From: Andalucia godoyi And28
Taxonomy: Eukaryota; Protista; Jakobida
NCBI GenBank assembly: GCA_009859145.1
Contig: VRVR01000008.1
Coordinates: 195,494-259,493, forward strand
Length of the DNA stretch: 64,000 bases
Direction of reading: 5' to 3'
The position numbers and the translations under genes are program-made. The number at the start of each line of letters is the position of its first letter. Position 1 is the first letter of the stretch. Under the pieces are notes generated by a model that saw only the letters and a program-made list of their open reading frames with translations, ran no database searches and was not told the origin of the DNA. Below are positions 17,897 to 28,600 of this stretch, piece after piece.

Positions 17897-20086
17897 CTAG
17901 GATTGCGGTATTCCAAAACCGCAATTAATGTCCGGAATACAATCCTCAGCAGACACTTGGCGAACATCGTGAAAACGAGAAAATATTGAGTTGTCGGTCG
18001 ACATACTCATCTCAAAGAACGATGTCAATGCAGGGTCACTACGTGCATAGTAACGCGCGTCAAACCCGTCAAAATCCGCGATACAAATGTCAGCTCCTGA
18101 GTTCACTAGCGCTGTCACAAAATCGACGCGACCATTCCGCACAGTCAAAATCAAAGCAGTTTCGCCAGTCACTGGCGATCGGAAATTCACATTCATGTGT
18201 GGATGAGAAAGAAGACATCGAGCGACTGCCATGTGACCCGCAGAGCAGGCAAACATGAGTGCATTATGACCCAAAGTCTTTTCGCAAACGGTGACGTCTG
18301 CATTTGCATCAAGTAATTGTTGCACGATTTCGGCATGTCCCAGTCTGCTAGCCTCCAGCAACGCTGTCATGCCACTCGCTGCAGATACGTGATTCACGTC
18401 GGTACCTCGACCCAATGCTGCACAAACAAGGCCAAGATGACCAGCTTTGCATCCTTGCATCAGAACACTCTCCGATGTGCTTTCCAACAAAGAACATCCT
18501 CGCTCGACCAACAACTGAGCAATGTCAAAGTGCTTATTGTCAAGTGCGCACAGAACGGGCATCTTTTTGAATGGGAAATTAACAACAGCCGAAGACAATG
18601 ATTGAGACGATGCATTTGACTTGAGTGCTGGAGAAAGCAGCAACGAACTCACCAGGTCCTTAAACCCATGAGAAGCCGCATACGAAAGAGGGGACATTCC
18701 GTTACACTTGGTGTGAGAAATGTCTGCACCCGCTTCACATAGAATCTGCACTGCTTCAGCGTTGTTCGACACTACACAGAAATCCAGCGCGGTTAAATGA
18801 GTGTTCGGGTCCTCTGCACCAAGATTCGCTCCTGCACGAACGAGAATGCGGATCATGGCAGCATTTCCTTCCTTTGCTGCAATAAGCAAAGCCGTTAGCT
18901 GCTGATCATTCTCCATTTCAAGATCGATAGGAACAGACACCAACTCCTTGGCACATTCTGTGAAACCAAATCTTGCAGCCATACATATGGCTGATCCATC
19001 AGTGCTGGACGCAAAATCTGGTTCCGCGCCGCTTTGCAGCAACAATCGAACCACATCGACTGCGTTGTAGGACACTGCAGAGATGAGTGCTGACCAACCG
19101 TCGCTGCAGCGAGCATTGATGTCAGCGCCACTTCTTATCAGCGCCATTACAGAAGCAACGGACCTGGAGTCGCAAGCAAACATGAGCGCTGTATAATCTT
19201 CTGCACCTTTCGCATTCACATCCGCGCCCATTTCGGCCAACGCCTCGACGGTCAAGGCATTTCCACAGCGGCACGCAATGGACAAGGCGTTTTGGCCTTC
19301 AGGACCCGCAGCTTCAATCTCTGCCCCACGTCTCGCCAGTTCACGAATGAGCTCGGGGTCGTCGTGAATTGCAGCTAGCATCAACGCAGTGAAGCCTCCA
19401 CGGGATACTGCTGTGGGATCCGCACCGACATTCAGCAGCAAGCGCGCAACAGATAACGAGCCGTTTTCACATGCAAAGTGAAGAGCATTTCGACCCACCA
19501 CATCTCTGGCATTCACAAACTGGCGCACCTCCGTGAGGCTTGGCGTCAGTACGGCTTCGTCTCTTGCACTCTCCGGAACAAGACATGGGTCGGAAAAGTA
19601 TCGCAAAATTAACTGAGCACTCGTGGCATCCCCGGCACGACATGCTTCCATCAACGAACTTCGCCCAGTGATATCCACAGACCTAGGATCGGATCCAAGC
19701 TGAAGAAAATCCTTGACTAACTCTGGAATTCCAAGGCCAGACGCAATAATAAGCGGTGTGCGGTCATACTCGTCGATGGATTCTCTTGGAAGCGACGAGT
19801 CGTCTTCCACGATCTTACGAACTGCATCCACTCGACCTGCAAGGAGCTCCCGCCAAAAGATCAACTCGCGATTGTACATTATAATTGGAGAAAGAGGAAT
19901 TGAAATGGCGCTTGAGTGCGAAGCGTTCTGCGTGCTCCAGTTACGAGCGATCGCAGTCGCGTTCACGTCTTCCTGGGCTGCTGCACTTGCAAGAGTCTTC
20001 GAATGCTGCGATCTGCGGCGGCGTTTCTTCTCTGGGGCTGGCAACTCATTCACAGGAGTTCTGGAGGTCCTCTTTGATTTCCTCAT
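17897..20086 (-). CDS. Ankyrin-repeat protein
   Basis: More than 12 repeats of the G.TAL..AA..G....V..LL..GAD.N type. Likely start MRKSKRTS at 20086. Confidence 0.92.
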   Translation of the reverse strand: MRKSKRTSRTPVNELPAPEKKRRRRSQHSKTLASAAAQEDVNATAIARNWSTQNASHSSAISIPLSPIIMYNRELIFWRELLAGRVDAVRKIVEDDSSLPRESIDEYDRTPLIIASGLGIPELVKDFLQLGSDPRSVDITGRSSLMEACRAGDATSAQLILRYFSDPCLVPESARDEAVLTPSLTEVRQFVNARDVVGRNALHFACENGSLSVARLLLNVGADPTAVSRGGFTALMLAAIHDDPELIRELARRGAEIEAAGPEGQNALSIACRCGNALTVEALAEMGADVNAKGAEDYTALMFACDSRSVASVMALIRSGADINARCSDGWSALISAVSYNAVDVVRLLLQSGAEPDFASSTDGSAICMAARFGFTECAKELVSVPIDLEMENDQQLTALLIAAKEGNAAMIRILVRAGANLGAEDPNTHLTALDFCVVSNNAEAVQILCEAGADISHTKCNGMSPLSYAASHGFKDLVSSLLLSPALKSNASSQSLSSAVVNFPFKKMPVLCALDNKHFDIAQLLVERGCSLLESTSESVLMQGCKAGHLGLVCAALGRGTDVNHVSAASGMTALLEASRLGHAEIVQQLLDANADVTVCEKTLGHNALMFACSAGHMAVARCLLSHPHMNVNFRSPVTGETALILTVRNGRVDFVTALVNSGADICIADFDGFDARYYARSDPALTSFFEMSMSTDNSIFSRFHDVRQVSAEDCIPDINCGFGIPQS

Positions 20087-20482
20087 TGTATTTTCCCAAC
20101 AGACTGATTTCAACAATCAATGCGTGTCTTTCAGAAATTGGGAACATATCCAGGAAAACTCTTGAATTGACTTCAAGCGATCCCGTGAGCCGACCGAAGT
20201 CGTACCAATCCCGTTCCCCGCACGCAGGAGCTACGGCCGCCGGGGAACCCTTTCTGCGACTCTCGGAATGGCTGCTCCTCAGTCCTTACTTTCTCAGTTC
20301 CGTCGATTCCTTGCTAGAGACGTTATTCAACAGTCCTCAAATCGGCAGTGCGGACAACGAAATATAATTTTAAATTAATTAAAAATAAATAATAAGAAAC
20401 CACAGGATAGAGGATAGAGCAGCGATGGGATCGAGGTATGCGGTCTGTCCACACTGCTCATGAAAAACAGATCACAATAAAA

Positions 20483-22471
20483 TTACGGTACATGCACAAG
20501 AAGAATGCCGCCGCAGCCCAGACCTGCAAGACACCACGAAGCAGTAAACGGGCACGTAGACATCGATACAGTGTATACAGGGATACTTGTAGACGCCACA
20601 CGAATCGAGTCGTGGATTGCCATGCCAGGAACGGCAGAAGCACGATCCGCAGTCGAAGCAGGACCGACAGGGGCGTCGTCGCTGTGGGCAACGACCTTCG
20701 TTCTTTCCTCATTCACGTACTGCAAGCGCGTTCCCACAAGCCCTACAGACATCCAAGACGTTGCTCTTCTATGGCGAGCAACTGGCTCTTTGAACACTTC
20801 CAACTGCCCATTCGCGGTACAAAAAATGACTCGCGATCCATCCACGGAGACGTCGGAATCCCAGAAAAAATCCACTGCCAGTGAAGGTGAAACTGGCTTC
20901 CGCCGAAGCTGTTTTTTCCCAAACACGTCCAATTCTGTGATCACGAGTTGGTCCATGACACTGTTGGATCCAAAAAGAAACCGACCCCTCGCACTGAATC
21001 CCGACACGATCGGAGGTCGACAGACGCGCGCATCTGCCAAGATACAACAAGGGTCTGCAACGTCAAGAAACACAGGACACCGGTCGACAAAACTTACCAT
21101 AAGGACTCTGCCAAGGTATGGTTCTAAATGCAGGCCAATCACCGGAGAGGCACATACAAACAGTGCCGACTTCAGAATGGCATCTATGCCGTTTTTCCCC
21201 TCAGAAACCTGCAATTGCATGAAAAGGACATGGCCGGAAGAACTTCCCACATAAAGGCCCAAAGTCGCTGGATCAAACTCTACAGATAGAATCCGATCTC
21301 CAATCGACGGAAGCCTCACAGTCGTGACGACCGATTTCAACTCCAATCGACGAAACGGATGTACTCCCTCGTGCTTTGGAACCAGATACAAGTAGGCTTC
21401 TCCCACATCATTCACTACTGCAAGCAAGCCACACCAACGCTCATTCACTGTCAGAAATGGACATACTTTAAAGTCAACAGAGTAGTGTCCTGGAACAGTG
21501 AAATCAAAGCACTTCCTCATCGCATCCAAAATCGCCGAGGCAGACGAGTTCGCTGTGTTCCGCTGTTTGAGGAACGACGCTCTGCAAATTGATACCACAC
21601 ACGCGTCATGTGCATTCGTGCCCAGCGGCCGAAGAGCGTCTGCAAGCGACATGGAACTGCAAGCGAACCAAAGATCGACGCATGATCGGATGTCAGCATC
21701 ATCAGCGGAAGAGGTTGCGTCTGGAAACCACGCACAATGTCGGATAGACTGCCCCGGTCCCGCAACGTTCAAGAACACTGATGCGGGTGACATCTTTCGA
21801 AGACCGCCTTCCTCTAACGGCATACTATCGGCAGATATCCTCGAGTTCATGTCTGGAGACAGGACCGAACTCGCTGAATCGCGTACACGGACCTCCAGTG
21901 ACAGAGGAGGAGACGGAGGCGCGCTTCCAGCCCAAACAGTGAATGACAACGACGGGTCGCCAGGCTCTCCGAATCTAGATACATAATCCGCATTCAACTT
22001 CGTGGATCGCGCTCTGTGGAAAGCATTCACGGCCTCGGAGGTGTGCATGCTTTCTGGAATGCGGTGCAACACGCCCAAGACGGAAGATTCAAAACCAGAC
22101 AAGGACAGTCGGAAACGCTCTTCCATTTGCTGCCGCTCCGTCGTGTTCTTTGTTTCGCCCGTACCATCATCTGCCGCAACATCCACGGACTGCGGAACGT
22201 CCACTGCAGCAGACGGAACGCTTGGTGGCGGTGGGACAACAACGTCGTCTTCAGCAGAACCTTTTCTTTTCTTTTTATGGACTTTTGGAGGCGTTGGTTT
22301 TGCATTGTCAGCAATTGCTTGCGAACTCATCTTTTCTTGGCGCCGAGACATGCTCTGTGCATTCGAATGTGTTTCTGCAAGCTCGTCCTGCTTGTCGTCT
22401 TGAGCATCAACATCATTGAACGCCGGAGTCTTTCGCCGAGTACACTCTCTTCGCGGTCGGCTGGAGCTCAT
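20483..22471 (-). CDS. Beta-propeller (WD40-like) protein, possibly related to TFIIIC subunit 2
   Basis: Start MSSSRPRR at 22471. Disordered basic N-terminus followed by a beta-strand-rich region ending WCLAGLGCGGILLVHVP. The family assignment is tentative. Confidence 0.6.
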   Translation of the reverse strand: MSSSRPRRECTRRKTPAFNDVDAQDDKQDELAETHSNAQSMSRRQEKMSSQAIADNAKPTPPKVHKKKRKGSAEDDVVVPPPPSVPSAAVDVPQSVDVAADDGTGETKNTTERQQMEERFRLSLSGFESSVLGVLHRIPESMHTSEAVNAFHRARSTKLNADYVSRFGEPGDPSLSFTVWAGSAPPSPPLSLEVRVRDSASSVLSPDMNSRISADSMPLEEGGLRKMSPASVFLNVAGPGQSIRHCAWFPDATSSADDADIRSCVDLWFACSSMSLADALRPLGTNAHDACVVSICRASFLKQRNTANSSASAILDAMRKCFDFTVPGHYSVDFKVCPFLTVNERWCGLLAVVNDVGEAYLYLVPKHEGVHPFRRLELKSVVTTVRLPSIGDRILSVEFDPATLGLYVGSSSGHVLFMQLQVSEGKNGIDAILKSALFVCASPVIGLHLEPYLGRVLMVSFVDRCPVFLDVADPCCILADARVCRPPIVSGFSARGRFLFGSNSVMDQLVITELDVFGKKQLRRKPVSPSLAVDFFWDSDVSVDGSRVIFCTANGQLEVFKEPVARHRRATSWMSVGLVGTRLQYVNEERTKVVAHSDDAPVGPASTADRASAVPGMAIHDSIRVASTSIPVYTVSMSTCPFTASWCLAGLGCGGILLVHVP

Positions 22472-22552
22472 CACAGGAACAAAAAGTGCAGATAGAAACT
22501 CTATTTGACTGCGAAACGCCACAACATTCCATACCACGAATAAAAGTAGAGC

Positions 22553-22573
22553 GGGGGGGGGGGGGGGGGGGGG
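22553..22573 (+). repeat. G21 homopolymer in a divergent promoter region
   Basis: Seen directly. Homopolymer length may be affected by sequencing error. Confidence 0.85.
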
Positions 22574-22788
22574 AACAATAAAACAAAATGAAAGGAGAAA
22601 AGGAGAACGGAGAAAAGGAGAAAAGAACACGAATATTCGGGTTTGTCTCCAGCGCCGCGTCACGCTACCACAGGAGAAAACCTCAAGCGGGCTCGACCTC
22701 CATTTGTTGGCGATTGCTTTGCGACAGCGCAGATGGAAAAAAGGTTTTCGATTCAGTCGCAGTGGCCAAAGACGGGAGAAGTGCGGCA

Positions 22789-23916
22789 ATGTTGAAATGC
22801 GTGCTCCAACGAACCTTGCATGGAGGAGGTGGTGGATTCTCCTCCTGTCGACACGCTGTTTGTAAATCGAAGATCCTGCGTACTCCTCCGCCTTGGGCAG
22901 CTCGAAGTTTCAGTTCTGGGAAACCGCCATTGATGTTTGAAGACGATGTGGTCCTTGCCGAACGCGACCCATCATTTGAAACGACTCTGCGGATGGTCGA
23001 ACCTCCATCGCGCACAAAATCTGGAGTACGCTCAAACAAAAGCCATGCTTCGGATAAGCTGCCTGAACCGTCACGGTTTGTGATCCGCCCGGCTGACGGA
23101 CGGACCGATGCTTCTCGACAAGAGATCACGAGCTGGGTTGATAGCATTTGCACACGGGTCTTCGAAGTGTTTTCTGTGGCTGGAAGATATGAGGATCTGC
23201 TCGTCTCTGTTTTTTCTGCTGATGACGATCCGTGCGGATTCACGTTTGACGTGGTTGTTTATGGCGATGACGAGTCCGTAGACCATTTTCGTTCGCTCAC
23301 AATTGCGGAACCACATGCAGGTGCGCCTCGCTGTCAGGCAGCTGCTTGTCGACTCGTATTGGACGGCGATACTTTGCATGCCGAGCTGCAACGTGTGCTG
23401 CCGCGCCCGCCATCGAAGCCGTTGACCGAAGCTCAAAAGAGGGTCTTTCAAGTTCTGATCGCGAGTTGCTTGGAATGGACTGCGAGAATGAAGGGTGTTC
23501 CCATAGGAGACTGCGTTTTAAGAATCGAGGGATTTACAGACTTGGAGCTGCAGTTTTGGAAATCGTTGGGATTTGCGGTTCAGTCATCTCACTCTTTACG
23601 GCACATCCTCGAAGATTTTCAGTTGGGGGCGTCCACAGCGGTGGCAGATGCTTTTTTTGACACGCAAGCTGTACAAAATCATGGAGACCATGTTCATACG
23701 CATCAGCATGGCGAGGATTGCTCGGTTTGCGCCTCACGCGACAAGAACACCTCGGTGGATCCTTTTGCAAGTTTGCGCCCATTTCTGAAACTGGATGCTG
23801 AGACGAACAAGTACCCGTTGCTGAACGAGTCCGTTTGGACCGCAGAATACAGAGATGTCAATCGCTCTCGTTTTCCGAATATTCTTTATCCGTCGATTGT
23901 GAAGTTTTCAAACTAG
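22789..23916 (+). CDS. Uncharacterised protein with a basic presequence-like N-terminus and a weak GNAT-like C-terminal motif
   Basis: ATG at 22789. R/S-rich, acid-poor N-terminus and LELQFWKSLGF resembling the GNAT motif-B F(Y/W)xxLGF. Confidence 0.7.
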   Translation: MLKCVLQRTLHGGGGGFSSCRHAVCKSKILRTPPPWAARSFSSGKPPLMFEDDVVLAERDPSFETTLRMVEPPSRTKSGVRSNKSHASDKLPEPSRFVIRPADGRTDASRQEITSWVDSICTRVFEVFSVAGRYEDLLVSVFSADDDPCGFTFDVVVYGDDESVDHFRSLTIAEPHAGAPRCQAAACRLVLDGDTLHAELQRVLPRPPSKPLTEAQKRVFQVLIASCLEWTARMKGVPIGDCVLRIEGFTDLELQFWKSLGFAVQSSHSLRHILEDFQLGASTAVADAFFDTQAVQNHGDHVHTHQHGEDCSVCASRDKNTSVDPFASLRPFLKLDAETNKYPLLNESVWTAEYRDVNRSRFPNILYPSIVKFSN

Positions 23917-24069
23917 AATTTTTTCATCCGTCACCGTCCAACAGACAACAGCCGAGTCTTTCGGAAACGTTTTTAATGTTGTTTTTTTCTTACTTTTTTT
24001 TCCTTTTTCCTGAACTTATATCGGTGATCATTCGTGTCAGAAAGGGAGAGAGATCTTCCTGCATTATCT

Positions 24070-24453
24070 TTACTGCTGAGAAACGGCTGCAATGGCTTCG
24101 ATTTCAATGCGTGCATCCCGTGGGAGGCCGGCAACTGCAAACGTTGAACGAGCCGGACGATGCGTTCCAAATGCCTCCTCATAGAGCTTGTTAACCGCTG
24201 CAAAATCTGCCATGTCTCTCAGCAGCACAGTGGTTTTCAACACATGAGACATGCTCGATCCAGACGCTTCAAGCACAGCCTTCATATTCGCAAACACTTG
24301 CTTGGCCTGGACGTCGACCGTTGCCCCAACAAGCTGCATGGACTGCGGATCCAGTCCAATGACCCCAGACAAGTAAACAGTATTTCCGTGTTTCACCGCT
24401 TGCGAGTAAGGACCGATCGCAGCCGGTGCATTCGATGTTGACACAAGCTCCAT
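24070..24453 (-). CDS. RIDA: RidA/YjgF/UK114 reactive intermediate deaminase
   Basis: APAAIGPYSQAV, LSGVIGLDP, VLKTTVLLRDMADFAAVNKLY and RPARSTFAVAGLPRDARIEIEAIA. Confidence 0.95.
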   Translation of the reverse strand: MELVSTSNAPAAIGPYSQAVKHGNTVYLSGVIGLDPQSMQLVGATVDVQAKQVFANMKAVLEASGSSMSHVLKTTVLLRDMADFAAVNKLYEEAFGTHRPARSTFAVAGLPRDARIEIEAIAAVSQQ

Positions 24454-24949
24454 CTTGTTGTTGGTGCTCTCCCCTGTTCTTCTTTTCCTTCTTTGTCAGC
24501 AGTATCTGCGTGAAATCTCCATCGTCGCGCAGCACCTCAGCCCGCCAGCGGAACGACCGTCTTGCAGTCGAGTTGGGGGCCGCTTGCCTGCAATACCACA
24601 TCCCAAATCGACGCGTGGCGACTGCATTCCCTCGCTTGCACAAAAAGGATTCTACTGTTTTTGCACCGCTGAGCGACAAAGTCAACAGCCAAAGAAAATA
24701 AGGCGTTTGCTGCGTGTGTCGTTTTGATTCCTTGTCTTTCCACCCACGACACAGCTTGCAAACAAAAGTTTGGGACAATGTATCCTTCAGGTTACTTGGA
24801 ATAGAGCTCGTGTTTCCAGCGGTTTTCTTGTTTTTTGTTTGTTTGTTTTCTTATCACCGGTGCTGCTTTTGTGTGTTTTTGATTGTATTTGCCTTGTGCT
24901 TGTGTGGAGGGTGGTGGTGAAGCGGTGGTGTTTGGTGTTTTTTACGCAA

Positions 24950-25618
24950 ATGAGCAGCGATGTTGGATCGAATGTGAACGCGGATCCCTCGCTCCGGCGA
25001 GTCTCTGCACTTGCGCGACATCTTGCTCCTCGTGTTCTTTCTGTTTCTCAGGTGCTTCCTTCATTCCTGGAACACTTGCGGAGAGAAGCTGGGAGTGCTG
25101 CGCTTCCACGGCAGTCACCTCCTGAATTCACTCCTTCTCGGATTGCATACATCTCACCTCATGAATCGCTGTCTTCTGAAACTCTGCAGGCTGGCGTCGT
25201 TCTTGTTGCTCATCCGAGACCCGATGTTCGCAAAGCATTTATAGACCGTCTTTGTCAAGCTGCTGTGGAGAGATCTCTTTTGGTGTATGCAATCTCTCCA
25301 GAAGGATCAAACACAGTCTCTGTTCCGGGCGTTTTCCGACTGATGACGCATGCCACGCTGTCGCGACGCGCGATTCTGTCGGCGCTGCTGAGACACGGCG
25401 CGCATGTCCTTGTTTTCGGACTCGTTTCCACACGCGATGATGTGTCATTGCTGATGGAAGCAGCTTACACCGGCTATCACACTGTGGCTGAAGTGTTTGG
25501 TGAGTCCCCGCAAGATGTTCTGGCTAGGCTGGAGACGATCGGGGTGGATGCGACCATGCTTCCGAAGAGTCTCCGGGTCATTGTTCCAGTGCACGGAGAC
25601 CAGGACATGAAGGAGTAA
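24950..25618 (+). CDS. GspE/PilB-like secretion ATPase C-terminal domain homolog, catalytically degenerate
   Basis: Colinear with the PilB/GspE consensus: GVVLVAHP (GIILVTGP), VPGV (LPGI), ILSALLRHGAHVLVFG (LRAILRQDPDVIMVG), MEAAYTGY (QAALTGH), LARLETIGV...L..SL (ITRLLEMGV...L..SL). Walker A GKT and Walker B Glu are lost. Confidence 0.7.
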   Translation: MSSDVGSNVNADPSLRRVSALARHLAPRVLSVSQVLPSFLEHLRREAGSAALPRQSPPEFTPSRIAYISPHESLSSETLQAGVVLVAHPRPDVRKAFIDRLCQAAVERSLLVYAISPEGSNTVSVPGVFRLMTHATLSRRAILSALLRHGAHVLVFGLVSTRDDVSLLMEAAYTGYHTVAEVFGESPQDVLARLETIGVDATMLPKSLRVIVPVHGDQDMKE

Positions 25619-25677
25619 TAACCTCCCCGTGACGCAAAACGATTTTTACAAGTGCGCTTCTTCGAGATAACACGAGG

Positions 25678-28600
25678 TTACGCGAGACCGTAAGAACGGA
25701 GTTTTTCAACCGCGCTCTTGTACTTTTCTTTCAAATCAAAAATCTCGTTGAAGAAATCTACATCGAACGCTTCCAATTCTCTCCGCAGATCCTCATTTTC
25801 GGTTTGCAAACGTTGGGCCTCTGCAGTCGACGACTTTAAGGAGGCCTCCATTCTGGCAACACTCTCTTCCAGCGAATTTGACTTCTTGATCGACAGGTCC
25901 AACTGAGAACGGAGTGCTCCAATCTCAGCGACCGCTGCGGCGAGATCAGTTTGCGATGCTTCTGCGATACGCCCTTTATCTTGCCGCAGAGAATCCAGTT
26001 CTGCGGCAGCTTTTTCCAGCTTTGATCGCAAACCCAGTATTTCCGATTCGTTCGACACTTGTTTCTGACCGAACGTCGTAAGTTGTTCCTCCTTGAGAGT
26101 GAGCAGCCGTTGGAGCTTGACAACGTCCTCCTGTAGCTTTGCAGAAGAGAGTCTGTCATCAGTGCGTTGCTTCGCGATTTTGAGTGCCGACGCGGCTTTT
26201 TCCTCGGATTCTTTTAGCTGTCCTTCGAGCTCCAAGCATTTTTTCTTCCAGATCTTAACCTGAGATAAAATTTCCGTGTATTTGAGATTAGAAACAGAAT
26301 GCTGTTTCAATTCTTCGTTCTCCTTCTGCAACTTTTCGACAACCTTCTGCAATGCGACCACGACGTGTTGCATCTCGTGAGGGTCCCGTGATGAAAGAGA
26401 TCCATCGGCAATCCCAGACGCTTTGCTCGAAACCTTTTTCTTCGATTGCTGCGGTAACAAGTCCCGGATGGTGTCAGACAGACTTGGGTAGGCAGAAACA
26501 GTGGAACAAGATTGGACGAACATGTTGTTAAGAGCCTGCAGCTCCTGCACTCGCTGGCGGTACCTTTCGAGGCGCAAGGCGCCCGATTCCTTTTCTAGTC
26601 TTAACTGTAACAGCTCACCGTCAACTGTCAAGCGCAACGAATTGCCATCCGAATTGGGTAGAGCAGCTTCCGAAGTCGCGTGCTCCAAACGAATGTCCCT
26701 CATCCTGATTTCCTCTCTGAGTTTTGATTCCGATTCACGCAATATGAACAATTCCGACTTACACTGAGCTAGTTCTGCAAGAAGATCACCGCTGAAGACA
26801 TGAGTACTAGCCTTCTGCAATTCCGAACGAACCCGATCCAGTTCCGCCGAAGACTCCTTCAGTTTCTTCTCGAGCATGTCCACTTTCCCTTGCAATACCT
26901 CCGACTCCTTTTCTTTGTTGGAACACAACACAGAAGCGTCTTTCAGCTTCTGTTTGAAGCCATCTAGCTGTTTCTGGACTTTCTTCTCTTCCTCCCATCG
27001 AATCCGCGCCAGCAGACTGGCGTTTGGCTTGGAATCCGGCCCATTTGGGTTCTCCGCGAGGCCAGACACAGTATTCGGTCCGGATACTGAAGATGGGGAC
27101 GGCGCACGCACCGAAGCAGGAACAGAAGTAGGAACAGAAGCAGGAAAAGCCTCCATCGCTGCGACAGTCGTTAGCTGTTTTTTCAAATTGGTGACGTCTG
27201 ATTCCAAGGACGAAACACGCTTCTTCAAGTCCTCTCTTTCACGCAGGAGCTTGTCGTTCTCTTGCTTGACACTAATGTACTGAGCTTCCAATTTGCCGTT
27301 TTCGTCTCTTCCAGAAACATCACGTACTGGACGCGGTTCGACATTCGGTGGATCAACAGTCATATTTTGAGCCCCGGTTTCACGTAGTTCACGATTCTGA
27401 TTAGTGACAGCAGCTATCTCCATTGCCAGCTTCGCGTTTTCCTCAGAATACCGTTTGCAGGATTCCTCCAAGAGACGACAGCTAGCACACGCATCGTCTC
27501 GCTCTCGACGCAAAACATCCAGCTCTGCTTTGATCTTCTCCGTACGCTGCTGCAATGCCAAATATTTGTCGGAATCACCACGATTGGGCTGCGAATTTTG
27601 GGACGAAGATGAGACAGCGGCTTCCTTCCTCGCGGTTGCGGACGCCCTCGATGTTAGCATGCTCCGCTTGGCTTCGTCCTCCGCAACCATCACAATTTCC
27701 TTTCTCAGCTGATCCACCGCAGCTTGCAAATTCCTCAATTGCACATTCTTTTCATTCAGCTGCGATTTCAGTACTGACAGTTGTCTCTGCATTGTACGGG
27801 ATGGCATATCCTCGGAAACCTTCTTCAATTGTATTTCCACATCGCATAGCAGTCGATTCTTCTCTTCAAGAGCAGCACGGCATGTATGCAGTTCCTTACG
27901 CAATGTGTCTGCCTCCATCTGGAGCGAAGAAACCTTCTTATCGCGATCCATTAGCATGGCCTCCACTTCCTCGGGTGGAATACCGCGTGAAGGATTGAAG
28001 GCATCCGCGTTGTAAGGACGATCAATGACATTTGTGCCCGGACGATCCGCTGCCGCTCGAAGACGAGAAATAGACTCCTGAGATTCAATATGGACCTTCT
28101 CACAAAACTCCTCCATACGGGACTGCATTTCCTGACGCATGGACAAGTTGTTGTCCCTTTCCAGTTGCAACAGCTCTTGATACCGCAAAATCGCATCGTC
28201 TTTCTTTTGCATCTGCGCCTTCAGGCTTTCGATTGTCATTTGTGCAACGCGGACAACCTTGTGCGCGTCTTCTGCTGTTTCTCCTACAAGATCAGAGTCC
28301 TTTCCCGAGACACCGCCAGATTTGCCCCTTGTAAACTGAAGGATTTCGCGATCTCGTTCTTCCAAGCGTGCCTGAAGATCTGCCGACAACAATTCTGTTC
28401 GGATGAGCTTTTCCTGGATATCTTCAAGCTTCGTTTGCAACATGATGACTGAGGCATCTGCGACTCCGTCATGTGCGGCCGCGGTAGTCGTCGCCGGTCT
28501 CCCTCCGAGTCTTTCCAAAGACAGCGAAAGCTCATTTGATACCAATTCGCTGTGACGTATATCCACTTCCAGAAGCCTCTCTTCTAATTCTGATACTCGC

